This document shows, piece after piece, positions 10,101-23,875 of a DNA stretch of 64,000 nt. The DNA is from Tubiluchus corallicola (lineage: Eukaryota; Animalia; Priapulida), in NCBI GenBank assembly GCA_030141605.1, contig JAQGDQ010000011.1:740066-804065 (forward strand), written 5' to 3'. The number at the start of each line of letters is the position of its first letter. Position 1 is the first letter of the stretch. Made by a program: the position numbers and the translations under genes. Under the pieces are notes generated by a model. The model had not been told where the DNA came from and did not search any database. It worked only from the letters and a program-made list of their open reading frames with translations.

Positions 10101-13100
10101 CATCTTGTCATTTATCTTGATCAAAACTTCTGACACGAAAGGTGATCAGAGTAAAGCTTTCGATGTATGTATCATATGTGTTTAAATAATAGGTACGATT
10201 TTATTCAGTATGTTTTATATAATTAAGACATAAGTACACAGAAACTACTTTACTACGGTGCTACTTGATTACATAATGTTCTTGTAGACGCTTTTAAGGT
10301 CCAGCTTGGAGTAAGAACAACAGTTATGATATATGATAATATTTTTGAAATGTAACGGAGATTTACTTTTGCTTTTTAAACGTAAAATTCTGGAGGAGTA
10401 TGTACGTTGAAAGACAAAACATGTTTGCTGCAGCTTGAATTCGTGCAGCCAATTTTTGGGATGCAATTCAAGGCTGAAGGCTGAAAATACTACATTATTT
10501 TTTAAAATTAATTAGTTTTATCCTGTCTAATTTCATAATAAACAGCACATTTCGTGGATAATGTAGACGTCAAATTTGAGTCATTCTTAGCTGAAAGTTT
10601 CTATTCAGTTACTGTTTGAGTAGACAGATTAAAATTATTAAGAGGTGCCTAGTCTTGCATTAGTTATATAAAGAGTATAATGCTCCGGGGTTATGATGGT
10701 ATTGATCACCTAACTTCGAACTTCATTCGAACTCAGCGTATTGATTGAGTTTCATACACGCTCAACAGTCAGTGTCTCATACGTGGTGTGTTGGCAAGGC
10801 TGAAGCAAAAGCTGGCAAGTGTTACCACCAGCTCAACCCAGCAGCCACGGAATTATTTTTATTTCGCAGGCGGCTGTTTATTCTTTTCCTCTCATCGGTC
10901 ACACGGGGTTTGATGACCTCGCCTTCCCGTCTGGCCTAGGCGCTGGGGCTGGTGCCTGGTGCTAGTATAATACCTCAGTTATTAACTAATTGTTCGCGAA
11001 CTCAGTACATGCTGTAGATTATAGTTACAGTGTTTTAGACCTGCATTATGAATAATACTTATTATAATTTTGTTCTTTTGGTTACTATTATATATGAATT
11101 GTTATTGCCATAAGTACGTAAAATTTAGCACTAATGTACTTACGTTATTGTTTTGCGTGGTTATGCGCCACTATGTTGCCCCCTCTCTTTAGGTATATAA
11201 ATTCTTTGCTTACCCACCAGTCAAGCTACAGTTATACTTTGCTTATGCTACAATTTCCCATTAAAAAGTAATACATGCGTTTGAGGTTTTTAACACAAAA
11301 TTTGTTGTTGTCTTTGTTATTAGCCTAGAAAGGTGTTTACATATAGATTCTGCTCTTTGCCTGCTTCTTCTGTAAATCTGTGATTTCTATTCTGCAAGTG
11401 TAGGGCATGGAAAGTCACACTGATGTCATACCCTCCCTTCTTTCTAGTGTACACTACTGACATTTCTTGTGTGTATGAGATTTTAGAACGTAAATTTAAT
11501 TTTATTAAATTGAGTAGTTGCAGGTTCAATACGTTGTGATATGAGTATGTAACACGTAGGATTATTTATGACTTCAAGTGAATACTTTTGCTTAAAATAA
11601 TTAAATAGGGACAATGTAGAGTGTTAATAGTTGTTATATATGTACGCAATTTTTTGTTGTCTATGAAAAGAATTGTGCTTAAAAACCTGTACAGTGTGAT
11701 GTGCTTAAACATTTCATATTTCCACCCAATTTTATCCAAATTGCAAATTTTGGACCAGGGAAACTTCAGCTCGGAGCGTCTGTAGGTGTAAGTAATGGAA
11801 AAGCAGTTGGAACTGTAGATGTGGGCCAAATCAGCCGAAAAAGTTGCCCAAAATTAACACATTTAATTATTTTTAACGTTTTGTTAATTTAAAAACTTGC
11901 ACTAGTAAGTTCTTTTATAATTTCATGAAAGCCCTCCTCAGTGTGTGGTAAAAATAATATAATATTATAATATTTTTTTATTGTTTGATATGTGAATAAT
12001 AAATGATAGTGTAAGTCGTAATCTTTAGCGTCACATTTGGAAAAAAATGATGTAGATATATGAATGCACTGTCACACAGTTCTGTTTTATGTAAGAAATA
12101 AAACGAAGCGCGAATTTTAACGTGTATATAATTTGCATATAATTTGTAAAACAATTCTATTATCAACTAGCAACTGTAGTAAAAATGTAAGTGCTCACTT
12201 ATACCCAACAAACACTACTCATGCACGCGCATCCCACAGCCATTTTACTACTTGCATAAATTTTGTGTATGGTACGTTAATACCAGCAGGCATTGTGTGT
12301 CTGTGTTAATTCGTTTCTAGTTGTATCGTTATTTCTTATCTTTTATCATAAACTATTGCATTTTAGCTACCTGAGCAACACTCGTATAAGCAGACGGACG
12401 GCTCACATTAACAATTGCTAGTTTTAATTTTTAATCCAAAAAAACACGTAAACTTGTGTTTTCTTATTGTTTGAGCGGGAGGGGTCAGGAATGGGAGGTA
12501 ATGGACATGTTCATAATTCTGAGGTCATTTTTTTAATATCTGCTTTTTATCACTAGTCTAGATGGGCACATTCAGTTTTTAGCAGTGTTCTATTATTAAG
12601 TGTTACCATAGCATTTTGTATTCACATTTGTGTTAGCAATTCCTTTTAATTATAAAATAATTCATCATTTTTTGTCATCCTTGAGCACGTGAGGAATGTA
12701 GGTCGAGATATTCGCGCACATATTTAAAAATTGAAGCCGGATGTTGCTCATTGGGCCACCCTTTGACCTGTGTTGTTAATTTTCTGGACAACTTTCTGAG
12801 ACAGATGATCTACAAAGATGCAGCGGAAATCATGATAAGACTGACCTTTCCCATCAAACAAAGACTGCATAGCAGAGCAGCTAGTTCAAGCAACCATGTG
12901 TTGAATTATACAGCAGTTTACGCCAGCGGCCATGAATGCAGGAGCCATCCCATCTGTTTCAGCAATCTCTGGGGGTTTCAAGTTCTTTTTAAACGCCAGT
13001 ATTTCCAGGAAAATTCCAGAAAGGAAAAGCTGTCAAATCCGAGCGACTACAGCAACTGATTGCCTAAGTTTCGAGTGGGTGCTGAATTTGCGCGGAATTT

Positions 13101-13684
13101 TCACAATATTTGTACCCAGGAATTTGATACTTTTTACAGGAAAATGCGTGACAGTGTGTATTTCATGCGGTAGTTTAGAGACTTTATATGGGTTTGGTAC
13201 AGATTGTTATCTAGTTGTGCTGCTACACAGTTGGCGTCCAATGCTTACAAAGCACTCAGTGTTTGGTTAACCTTGAACTTGCGGTCGTTAGTATGCTGTT
13301 GCTGATGGTGGATACGCGCAGAGATACTACACTTTGTATTATGCATATACTTTTCGATAGTTGTTATTTTAAGAAATATACACGTCTACGTCTATTAGAC
13401 TATTACTGTTCTTATGTGAAAAACAGGTACTCAAATTGTGTCTTACTTTGCCAGATGCACATGCTTCCTCTAACCCTAAATATCGTGTTGAATATACATC
13501 ATATTTTTCCATTTAGTTTTTAATACTGTTCATTATATTAATGTACCGATTAATCGCTCTAATCATGTGAAACTACATGTAAATACTGGTATTTAAAACA
13601 TCCGTGATATCACAAGGAATAAACTCGCATTTATTAAATTTTTAAATTTGAACTTGAGCAAAAGAAAGGAGTCACGAAAACATC

Positions 13685-13744
13685 GGGACTGAACTTAGAT
13701 TTGAACCTACAAGTGCAGTGCCTTGGCCTCTAGACCGCGCAGCC
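13685..13744 (-). mobile_element. tRNA-derived SINE head (degenerate)
   Basis: Minus strand GGCTGCGCGGTCTAGAGG (A-box-like) ... GGTTCAAATC (B box); does not fold as a full tRNA. Confidence 0.5.
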
Positions 13745-16211
13745 TCTTATGGGTTCATCCAACAAATAATTTTTAAAATTATGATAGTAAATAATTATTC
13801 CTGAATTATGAAATATTAGTACTTTTGGATATGCTCAAAGCTTATCTAATACGAGTCATAGTTTGTCACGTCGTAGGGTGTTACGTAATTACCATTTCGT
13901 TTCGTTATATTTTATTTTGACGGTTTTTTTAGTAAGAACGAGGAAATTACTTGAAAAAACTTTAAGTAAGATGAGCCTTGACCCGTGCCTTAGGGCAATG
14001 AGATGCACTTCGATTTTAAGTTGTTTAGTTTCGTTGGAATTTTTTTTATGTAAGAACTTTTCGACTAAATTCGGTAGGATTGAATTTATTAGGTGCAAAG
14101 TAAGTTAACGTGTTGTTACATTCAGTAGTACATATAAATTTAACAAAACATTGGGAGTTAATTTAATACAGCAACGATCTGTACACTATTTTTACAGCAA
14201 TATATTATGTACTGCATGTAACGAATGTATTACTAATATTTTGTGTATTTTCTAGACCTACATATAAATTTATTTCATTTTATTGTTATTTATTAATTTA
14301 ATTTTAATTCGCAATGAACTTGTGGCGTGTTTTACATATAACAAAAAATTTCTGAGTTTCCGTAATACTGGCTTTTTCTCCTGTATGAACCACATGTTTA
14401 GAGCAAAACGCTGACTAGCTGAGTTGCTTCAGCCGTCGGCCGAAAATATCTGAATGGGATTTGTTGGTACATGTAGTCGTAAAAGCATTCTATTAGTTAT
14501 TGTTTGCTATCACAGTTTAATAATTGTGATTATTATCATTTGCGAATTACAAGTTACTTTTGTTTGCTTATTACTACTTTACTAGGCGTATTCGTGTAAG
14601 TTTTTGTCTCACTCTTATGTGTTATCTTTCAAGTAAAATTCACAAAATATCGTTTAAACCTCCAATCATTCTTTGGGACCTTGCTGTCCGTTGAGTAGAT
14701 ACTATGTTGTTACTTCCCCCAGTTTCTTATTAGTGGTGTACATGTAGATATTATTTCTCAGACAGCAGTAGTATTTGTTTGTGTGATGCAGTATACAAAA
14801 TTTGATGCAGTTTTTTTCATTGATAAATGATATTTTTGCATTAGTAATCACGTATAAAATGTTTTTTTTGTACCCGATTAATGCAATTTCTTTCTCATAT
14901 CCATTAGCGATTGCGAATTGATTTTTTGAAAAAAGAAACATCCTGTCTTGAGGGCAGGATGTTCTCAAATTGTAATGATTAATTGGGAAATCCATGAACT
15001 GTGAAAGTTGTTGATAGATACAGTTCAGTAAGAAACTATGAAAACTGAGAGAGAGAGAATAGAGTTAAGCAATTGACCAAAGCTAAGACGAGTACAAGTG
15101 TTAACTGTGGGTCAGTAACCTCTCAGAAAGGGCAAATTTCGGCCGGTGTACACCATTGTACACGCCACTCTTCACATTGTTCTGCATCGATTTAAACCGA
15201 ATCATTACTTTTCTCCGTTTGACCCCTTTCAGTCGGGCTGTGTGCTACGCCTAACATGAGTTGTGAATAAAGTTCTGATTTTATAAATAGCGTGTTCGGA
15301 ATATAGGCATGCTTGTATACTGTACAAGCTACAGACGAGAGGTCAAACATAGTGCTGCGTAGAATCTCGGTAGACCCAACTGCGTTTTGTGGGAGGTCGT
15401 CTGATCGCTCGATTAACGGTTTAGCCGTTTTTCTAATAATGTCAAAATTGTCAGTCACTTTTAATTGAAGAAAACAAACGAGCTTTCCTACCCAGCGTAC
15501 ACGAATTTAACTGTAAATTTAAACACTGATGGAATTGAATAATTCTCTCATTATGGAAACAGTGTGGAGACCGGTTCGGTTCTCCCGTTTCCTGGTTCAG
15601 GATATAAATTGTCACTGATGTTGTAAATACGAATTCCCTTGTACTGCAGCAAATCCGCAAATATGCGAAATTTCTTTTTGTTAAGAAATTAACCTGGAAT
15701 TTTATATCATTTTCCTTATAAGAGTTTCGTGTAACTACTTCTCATTTTTCTGTAATTTATTCAAAAATTTTCCAGATGTTTCATTTCCGAAAAAAATCTC
15801 ATTGCTGCGAACGACATTTTCTCGTTTCGAATCGTCTAAATAAACTAAAGGTAGTTTTTTCGGTTTCTGATTGGGTACTGCGTTGCCCGCGGCGCGGTTA
15901 ATAGCTTTCATTTGATACTCATTAATGTACGAAGCTTGGAGCTCTAGGAAATCAGTTCATGCGAACTCTGGTATTTTTTGGGAAAATGTTCCAGCATTGA
16001 TTGTTTCTGAGTTTTTATTTTCACAATCACACGAAGTAATTTAGTGATACTGGGAACTTGAAGAGGACGTATTGCTATTTTAATGGCATAATATGTAGTA
16101 GCAGTCTAGTAGAATGTTATAAGATAAAAATATTGATGAAAATAACTGCCAACACTCATTTAAGCAAAGACTTGGCTATTTGTTTCAACAATCATCTGCA
16201 TCGTTTTAAAC

Positions 16212-16410
16212 ATAACGCGCTCATGATCACTTAATCCAGCCTAATAAAATATAATGTATAAAAATTAATATTGAGATCCAGAAATCCACATTGTGAAAAG
16301 CAATTTTTGTACTTCGATATTAATTTTTATAAAGCAATTTTTGGACCTCAGTATTAATATTTATATATTATATTTTTATTAGGTATACTTGTATGATCGT
16401 ACCATGTTAT
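16212..16410. mobile_element. MITE-like inverted repeat
   Basis: Arm 16240-16285 (CCTAATAAAATATAATGTATAAAAATTAATATTGAGATCCAGAAAT) is nearly the reverse complement of 16337-16383; the right arm also carries an internal partial duplication. Confidence 0.65.
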
Positions 16411-16989
16411 TGTGTTAGAATAAATAGCCATATCTTTGCTTACGTGGGTGCTCGCAGTTATTGTCATTTTCATCGATTTCTATGTCACCCAATCAGTTTT
16501 TTCAAGTAAAAATATTGACTTTGGCATACCTTTTTACCTTCTTTTATGTTTACCTGTAAGCAAATTGATTAATGAGCATTATGATGCTGCTGTTATTGTT
16601 AGCAGTGATCTCATGAACTTTGATCACTTTATGCTGGTATTTTCCAAATTTATGTATAGTGAAAAATTTTAAACTAAATGCTAATCTTAGGTTAAATTAA
16701 AAAAGTAAGATCTAGTTATAATGACATCAGCAGGGCTATGCTAATATTAGGTTTTTTAATTAGATGTTTGCAAATTATTATTATGCTTAACGTAATAAAT
16801 GTGGACTTTCCTTAAATATCAGCTTATACGTGCTTTAATTACGCTGTTATCTCAATTTTTAAAAGATCAGTAAAGAACATGATGTTTCGCTACCTTACAT
16901 TTAAATTTTACTTTTGTTTTAATTTTTACTTCTGTGTATTGCGTCGGCTGCCAAGCAGGTGTTTGTGTACGTACATTGAAAATATTAAT

Positions 16990-17345
16990 TTTAACCTACG
17001 AGAACACATGAGCTAGCGAAGCAAATGAATTAGAACCTGTAGTACCTTTTACAGAGAAAACTTTACTGATTTAGGATTTTCAAGTATTGCTCTGAAGTGT
17101 TGGAATAAGCTGCCAATTGAAATTAGAGCTTGCACATATTTGAATTCTTTTAAAAGGAAACTAAAAACTCGTGTTTTCAAGCATGAGTAGTGAATGTTTT
17201 GTAGCTTTATTATGATGTATATGTAGGCGTAATAGGCATAATTGTATTATAGTTTTTTATTACGCTTATCTAATTATTTTTAATTGTACGGCGATTTTGA
17301 AAAAAATTTTATTGAAAGAGTGAGCACTTTATAAATAAATAAATT
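16990..17345 (+). mobile_element. 3' end of an L2/CR1-group LINE
   Basis: 17065-17190 encodes TDLGFSSIALKCWNKLPIEIRACTYLNSFKRKLKTRVFKHE*, the typical ORF2 C-terminus (WN.LP..IR...L..FK..LKT..F). It is followed by an L2-type 3' end (TGTACGGCGATTTTG...GAGCACTTTATAAATAAATAAAT). Confidence 0.82.
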
Positions 17346-18079
17346 ATTTTTACTGCAGATGTACTGTAATGCGTTGCTTAATTTCTTGCTATTTTTTCAT
17401 TTATTTAATTATTAATAACCACGTTTGCACGTATATTGGCAATAATAGTATGATTAAGTCAAAAATTGTGTCCAAGTAAAAAGTAAATTTCTGTTCTATT
17501 CTAATCAATTCCATTTGAGGCAAGAACGTAGATTAACATAGTCATGAACAGGGTAACGAGTTAAAACTTGTAGTTTCGAATCCCATAGTGACGAATTGTG
17601 CTTTTTTGAATGGCCTCGTGTAAACTTACCGAAGGCATGTGACTTTGGTCCGATAATTCTCACAAGATTAAGCATCCTATCAAGTCTCCGCAGCTTGGTG
17701 GGGTTTTGTCATTAAATGCGGTTCATTGTTCTACTGGTAATGAGTCGATTATTGATTGAGGTCGCTGGGAAATTAACTATGCGTCAGCGTTCTGTATGCA
17801 TGACTGCAGCGCTGCATTCCTGTGTGCAGCTGTTCTGCTGTTTGGTACAGTATACGCGCTTGCTGCTAGAACCTGGTACAGTATAAATCTGTCATACCGA
17901 CACACCCACAACGCACGAAATTACCTAGGAGGTGGAGGGGCCTGAGTGCGTGTATAGGAAGAGCGAACAGGTATTCGGATGAAGTTCTATTTGAAATTAC
18001 GAAAAAATGTTTTGTCATTAAGATGCCTCGTTGGCGATAAAAACATTTTGATGTAACCTACTCTATTCTGCTCGCTTTT

Positions 18080-18750
18080 GCAATGTAATATTTAACCATT
18101 TTGTATGCACACTAATCATGCCTGTGATGTTAAGATGAATAAAGTAAGCAATGTGTAAAGATATCATAGTATTTTAGTTATTAAGACAGGTGTTTAACGC
18201 CTTATAGAAGGTATGCAATCAGTGCTTAATCAAAGTTGGCAAATGGCAAATCATTTTCATTGTGGTAGATTTCTTCATGGTATTATTTTCGTTTTCTATA
18301 TAGATATTTAATAAATCAGCGAATGTGTTTGTCTGTTTCGAAATGTATGATACTTCTTTACTAAAACAAAATTGGTTATTATTTGTCGAAATGAATCTGA
18401 ATGCTTTTCTGACTGCTCTGTCGATATTATAAATCGGTATTATTTTTGACGAGATCGTAAATCATGAATGGATACCTTTCTTGTGTGATATGTTTGTATT
18501 CTTCCTTAGAGATTTTTTAGCTGCATAATACAAGTTTTCTGATATTTTAATCTAAATTGAAAACTCATTGGTTTACCGTGTTTATTTTCTTGATGTATTT
18601 TCCACTCACTTTATAGATTTTATAATTTTATGTAAATTTGTTATCTTAGTGGTATGTGATGTTAGAATTGTAATCATTGTAAAGAGTGCTAGAACATATA
18701 GATATAGATAGTCTGCTATAGAAAAGTAAAATAAACTTAAACTTAAAAAA
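18080..18750 (+). mobile_element. Possible highly decayed LINE 3' remnant
   Basis: Fragments resembling the xHT..LF / KLN..K ORF2 segment, ending in AATAAA followed by (CTTAAA)n near 18730-18750. Confidence 0.3.
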
Positions 18751-21749
18751 ACTCTGATTTTATGCTCTTGGTATCAAGTTTGTAGATAACATCAAAGTAA
18801 TAACGCAAATTAATTCCTAATGGGAAGTATCTACAACAACGAGTAAAAGATACCACAATTAATAAACAAGGAAAAAAGAAAAAATCTTGAATGTCAATGT
18901 GAATGTCTGCGCCAGGGTATAAATAAGAAGATAAGATATAATGTGAAAATTTTTTCTGTAGTATTGTACTGATGTGAAAAATTAAATAATAATAATCTTG
19001 ATGTAGATTTAATGTACAAATTAGAACGATTAAAAAGTTGACTTCTAAAAGAAATAAAATTTACAATTTATAGACACTTTCTTACTAAAAAATACTGCAT
19101 TACTATTCTAGTCATGTGTTTGTGTACATAGTAGTAGATTTTACTTTTGTAAGCTTTTTGGCTTTTTTGAAAATTAAGAATGTTTGCAAGTTGTTGTGTG
19201 CTTGCCATGCTGCCTCAAAATATCGAATTAAGAATCACGCGAATAAGTACATAAAATAGCAGATTAATTATTTTTAGCATTGAATAAAGTTTTTGTAAAG
19301 ATTTTTTATGTGAAAGTTACCTGATTAATTTGAATCGTTATCAAAATAAGCAAGAATTTCAGAGTTGCACCAGCACTAACAGTTTGCAGTTAACAATTCA
19401 CTGTGCCAGTGGATCCTGCTGTGTAAACCCAAACGCGACCTTAGTATTAATTCGGGTCTTGTTCTTCAGTTGTTGTGTGGCACGTGTTAAATGTCTTGTA
19501 TGAGTCACACTTATATTTACATTCTTATTAACTAGTTTAAGTTATTTATTTCAAGTTTTTTTTGTTGCTTTCAAGTTATACATAAATATATGTTGTCTGT
19601 GTGTCGTAATGGCATGTAGTTTCTGCGAAGTTGACAAAGAGAAAGTTGTGTTAACACAGATTGTTAAATCACTTGTTCGCTGGCCACGTTTTTACCTAAA
19701 TAACAAAATCAAAAATCTGTACTTTTAAAAATATTTAGATTGTCACACTGCTACATTTGCATGAAATGAATGTGTCATATTGTTTTCAGTTTTCAAACGA
19801 GCAGCTATTTTTAGTCATTATTCAGTATCCTACGTAGTATTAAATTTTATTCATTAATTTCTGTTTGAGGAGAATGATTTGTGTGTCACGGGAAATTTGT
19901 TGTATCCTATATCCGCATTTACTCGTTTCCGGTTCCTCGACTATTCCCGGGTTTCCTTCCAAGTCACAGCCTTCTTCATGTTTTGATCACGTTTTTATTT
20001 GTGGTGTAATTTAATCATCTGTTAAATTGCAAATGTCTGGCAAAAGCTTCAAGTATACTGAATGAGTAATCATTAAAAATAATGGGTTTCTGAAGCCTGG
20101 TGAACTGAAGCTTGATGTAACTTAAGTTCATACTTAGATATCTCTTGGAAAATTCAGAAACGTGTAAGTTCTTAATAAGTTACATTTTCATGTTTTGCAT
20201 TAACAGTTTAGTTTAAATTAAGTTTTGTTCTATTTTAGAGGCGATTCAGTTTAAAAATTACTTTTATTTGAAAAAAACATGATAATCACATATGCATTAG
20301 TAATAAATACAAACTCAGTGTCTCAAACATTGATTCGCTAACAGTGAAAACATATAATAAAGGTTTTCAGTGTGTAAACATATCACTTATAAATACAAAT
20401 TCCATAAGTTCAGAAACTACAATAATTTGTAACTTGTTGTTGAGTATGTGAGCGCGAAAGGGTGAAACAAATTAGTTATGACCTGTTCGATGTTGATGTA
20501 AGCCTACAAGAATAGAATGACTGATGGAGAGACTAACGAAGTAAACTTGAAATGACATGGTGATCACAGGAACGCAAGAGTGTCTAAATACATTGCTCTT
20601 TAACATAAAATTTATGGAGTATATTGTTCATTACATGTGATTTCTACACAGGCCTACTACATGCAGAGCGAAAATTTTATCTGGTGTGGCGCGCGTTTAA
20701 ATTCGCATTGCGTATTGTAGGTAGATTAAAATTTGTGGGTAGGTTAAAATTGTAATTTTACGCCCACACGGGCGTAGTTCAACACACCACTTTTGTGTAC
20801 CATTGTACTAATGTCGTTCTGATTTATTTATTGTAATTTCGTGATGCACATGTTAAATAGGAATAATACTATGGATGCTGCGTATTTTGTGTCGGATACA
20901 TGTTTCTTTGTGAGTTGTTGTTTTTATCTAGATATCAGTCTATGACAAATTCTTTTGTTTGTTCCCTAAATTTTCAAAGCGTTACTTCTCAAATCCGAGC
21001 AAACGTGAAACGTTTATGTGAGTGTCCGTTCGCTTCCGTTTTTCGTCTTTTTACACTGGATATTCCTGGATGCTCATTATAAATCCACTTTTTTCCCTGG
21101 GACTTCTTATTTGTGGAATTTTTCCCGAAAAATTGTTTCCTGCTTGCGCAAAAAATATTAACAGGTACGTCCTATTACTAGCAGTATTACTTATTTGAAT
21201 TCTATTTCTCTAGATATGCATTTATGTTTTCGTTTGTTAACTCTATACAGTCCCTTATCCTGAGTGGCTATTGGCCTTGTTTGCGGCGATTAGTTTAAGA
21301 ACACCTAATTTTTCGCTACTTTAATCTGCTGTTGAACTTTGTAAACTATTTGAAAGTTCATCCTGTCATCCAGAGAAGTAGACAAGTGTCTTTGCGTTCA
21401 CGCTGCCTAAAATTGTCAGCAAAAAACTCGAGAATAAAAATAGTTTATATACATCACTCATCGTTACAGTAGATAGTGATTGATCGATTGATTTATGATT
21501 TTATTTCAGACAAAACAGTGTCCGTATAAAGTGCAGATTAGCATTATTAAGTTGCTCTTCAATGACGTTCTTTATCTTTCGTCTTGTCTAATACCTTATA
21601 ATAATTTACATTCTGTATAGATTAGCTTGGTTGGTAGTGCTTTGTTTCTTCACGAGATGTTTTAACGTGATACTCATTACCTGAAAAATCATAAATTATT
21701 TACAGTCTAGCTGAGCCACAAATTGTTAAAATTGGCTAACTTAGCAGTT

Positions 21750-22095
21750 TTCTTGTTTACTGCTGATGTATATGTTGTTTATGTAAAATTTATCGGGGGT
21801 TGTTTACTGTTTGTTGACTTGTTGTTGGTTACTGATGCTTGCTGCTGTTCAACTTTCTTCACATTTTTACACTGAAAATTAAAGCTGTAATCTAAGATGT
21901 TATGTAAGGTAATAAAGTGTAAGATGTAATGTGAATCATTTATCATTTATGAAGCATTGACTAACTTGATAGCTTTGTTGCTGATGTTTACTGTTTTAGC
22001 AAATCATTTTGTTTTTATTTACTGTATTATTGTTATTTACTGATGATAAACTGTGTGTTTTGCTACCAACGATAAGAATAATGTTGTTGTTTAAG
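21750..22095. repeat. Degenerate low-complexity tract built from TRTTTAC(TG)-like units
   Basis: TGTTTAC at 21754, 21801 and 21985; TGTTTAT at 21776; TGTTGAC at 21812; TATTTAC at 22016 and 22034, all in the same orientation. Confidence 0.5.
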
Positions 22096-22759
22096 AAACT
22101 ACCTAAATGGTATTTATGCGTCTTAATAAAACTGTCATTCGCTTATGTCGAAATGACTGTATTTCCTGTTCCTTTTAATTTATGACCCTTGGTGTTTGTT
22201 CACCAGCTATAGAAGCCAAATTTCTGTTTGAAGCTCTTTAAAGGAAAAAGCACGAAGTTGTGACAAAGGAAACAGTTATAACCAATTTTACTGGACATTT
22301 TGAACTATGATCTAATCTCTAAAATTTGGCACTATTTTAACTTGCTGCAAATTCGCTTGCGCAAATGTGTACTTTTTTGTGTAGGAAGAACGTCGTGACT
22401 GCCTGGTACCAGTATAATTGAAAGGAAGTCAGTCCTTGAGTCAAATAATGTCATCGGTTCGCCCGATATTATGCTCGGATGTATAAGTTTGACAAAATGA
22501 TATTTAGCGAAGTCATAACTCGAAAATGTCATTAAAAGTAACATATTAGCACTTTTAGCAGAAATTAAAATTGGAAAATAACGTCTTGTTTAATTTGCTT
22601 TTATTTATGCGATTAGTAACATGATGTTTGTGTCTGGAAAGGTTAATTAATGCGAGGAGTTTGCTAATGAAGATCCTGGTTAATGTATGAATAAGCGAAT
22701 GCGCTGTATAATATCTGACAGGCTTCCTGTACTTTTTTGTGTGTAGGAGCGGGTTATTT

Positions 22760-22890
22760 TGTTGACTGACTGACTGATTGATTGATTTTTTGCTGACTTG
22801 CTTAGTACAAGTTAGTTTCCTGACCGACTGACAAATTGATTTATTGATTGATTGACTGTCTTGCTCACAGGCTGACTGACTGACTGAGAT
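22760..22890. repeat. Compound (GACT)n/(GATT)n microsatellite
   Basis: Interrupted runs of TGAC and TGAT units. Confidence 0.85.
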
Positions 22891-23267
22891 TGAGTAGATT
22901 TATCATTCTAGGAGGGCAAGTCCTAGAAAAGTTGAAGGTCGTCCATAAACAGACATAGAACGCGTGGGAGAGATTCGTATACATAAACAGGCACCTCATA
23001 TCCGGTCAAACAAAAAACTGTTTATAAATAAGTCGGTTAAATTGCTGTTTACTGAGTCGACCTGTAGTATAATCTTCCTGCTATTATGTATTAACGGAAA
23101 CGTAAAGAAATTGACAGGAATACACAACACTGGAATTTTCCCAAACAGTTGGACTTTGAGTCAGTATGGAACAGTTTAGGCAATATTACACACAAAGCAA
23201 CGAAAAGCAACACAGTAATGTTTAGACAAACTAGCGCTTGAGGTGTCGTCATTGTTTTAATCACTGT

Positions 23268-23875
23268 TATTCAAATTCAAATTCAAATTCACTTTATTTC
23301 ACCAGCGAACTACAATTGCAAATACTGCTTTAAATAATACTAAGATCATGATGGTAAAGTTTGAGCATTTATTGCACACTGCACAGGTATAACTTTGTGT
23401 TTTGTTGTGGTATTGTGCTTTTACCTAATATTTTGATATAATTGCAAAAATAGACACTGAAGAGCTCTGCTATAGTCTTATATGTTTCAATTTAGTTACT
23501 GTATGACTACATGTGCACTGTGCAATAAATGCTGAAACTTTACCATCATGGTCTTAGTATTATTTAAAGTATTATTGAAATTCTGTACCAGCAAGAACCT
23601 GTTTAATTTACAGGTACATGTACAAATTATTACTGTATAATTAGAAAAGAACAAAACTAAAATAAATTCAATGAGCGTACAACCGTGACGTTAAACGTCC
23701 TATGCTGTTGAAGTTTGCTGCATGGTAGCTATGAAGGGGATATTGTTAAGCCGCCATGAAATGTGAAATAAAGAAGTAGAGAAAGAAAGAAAGAATGAAG
23801 AATAATCAAATACTTTCTTGCTTTAAAGCATTGAAGGAGATCAAAATAAGTAATATTTCAACTGTATTTCATAGA
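23268..23875 (-). mobile_element. LINE 3' remnant interrupted by a MITE
   Basis: On the minus strand it ends in AATAAAGTG followed by (AATTTG)n at ~23300-23268; a decayed LWN...S.NAFK...YLI-like segment lies near 23875-23800. Confidence 0.45.
23328..23569. mobile_element. MITE / fold-back element with ~62-bp inverted arms
   Basis: 23328-23389 and 23508-23569 are reverse complements with about 4 mismatches, around a ~118-bp spacer. Confidence 0.88.
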
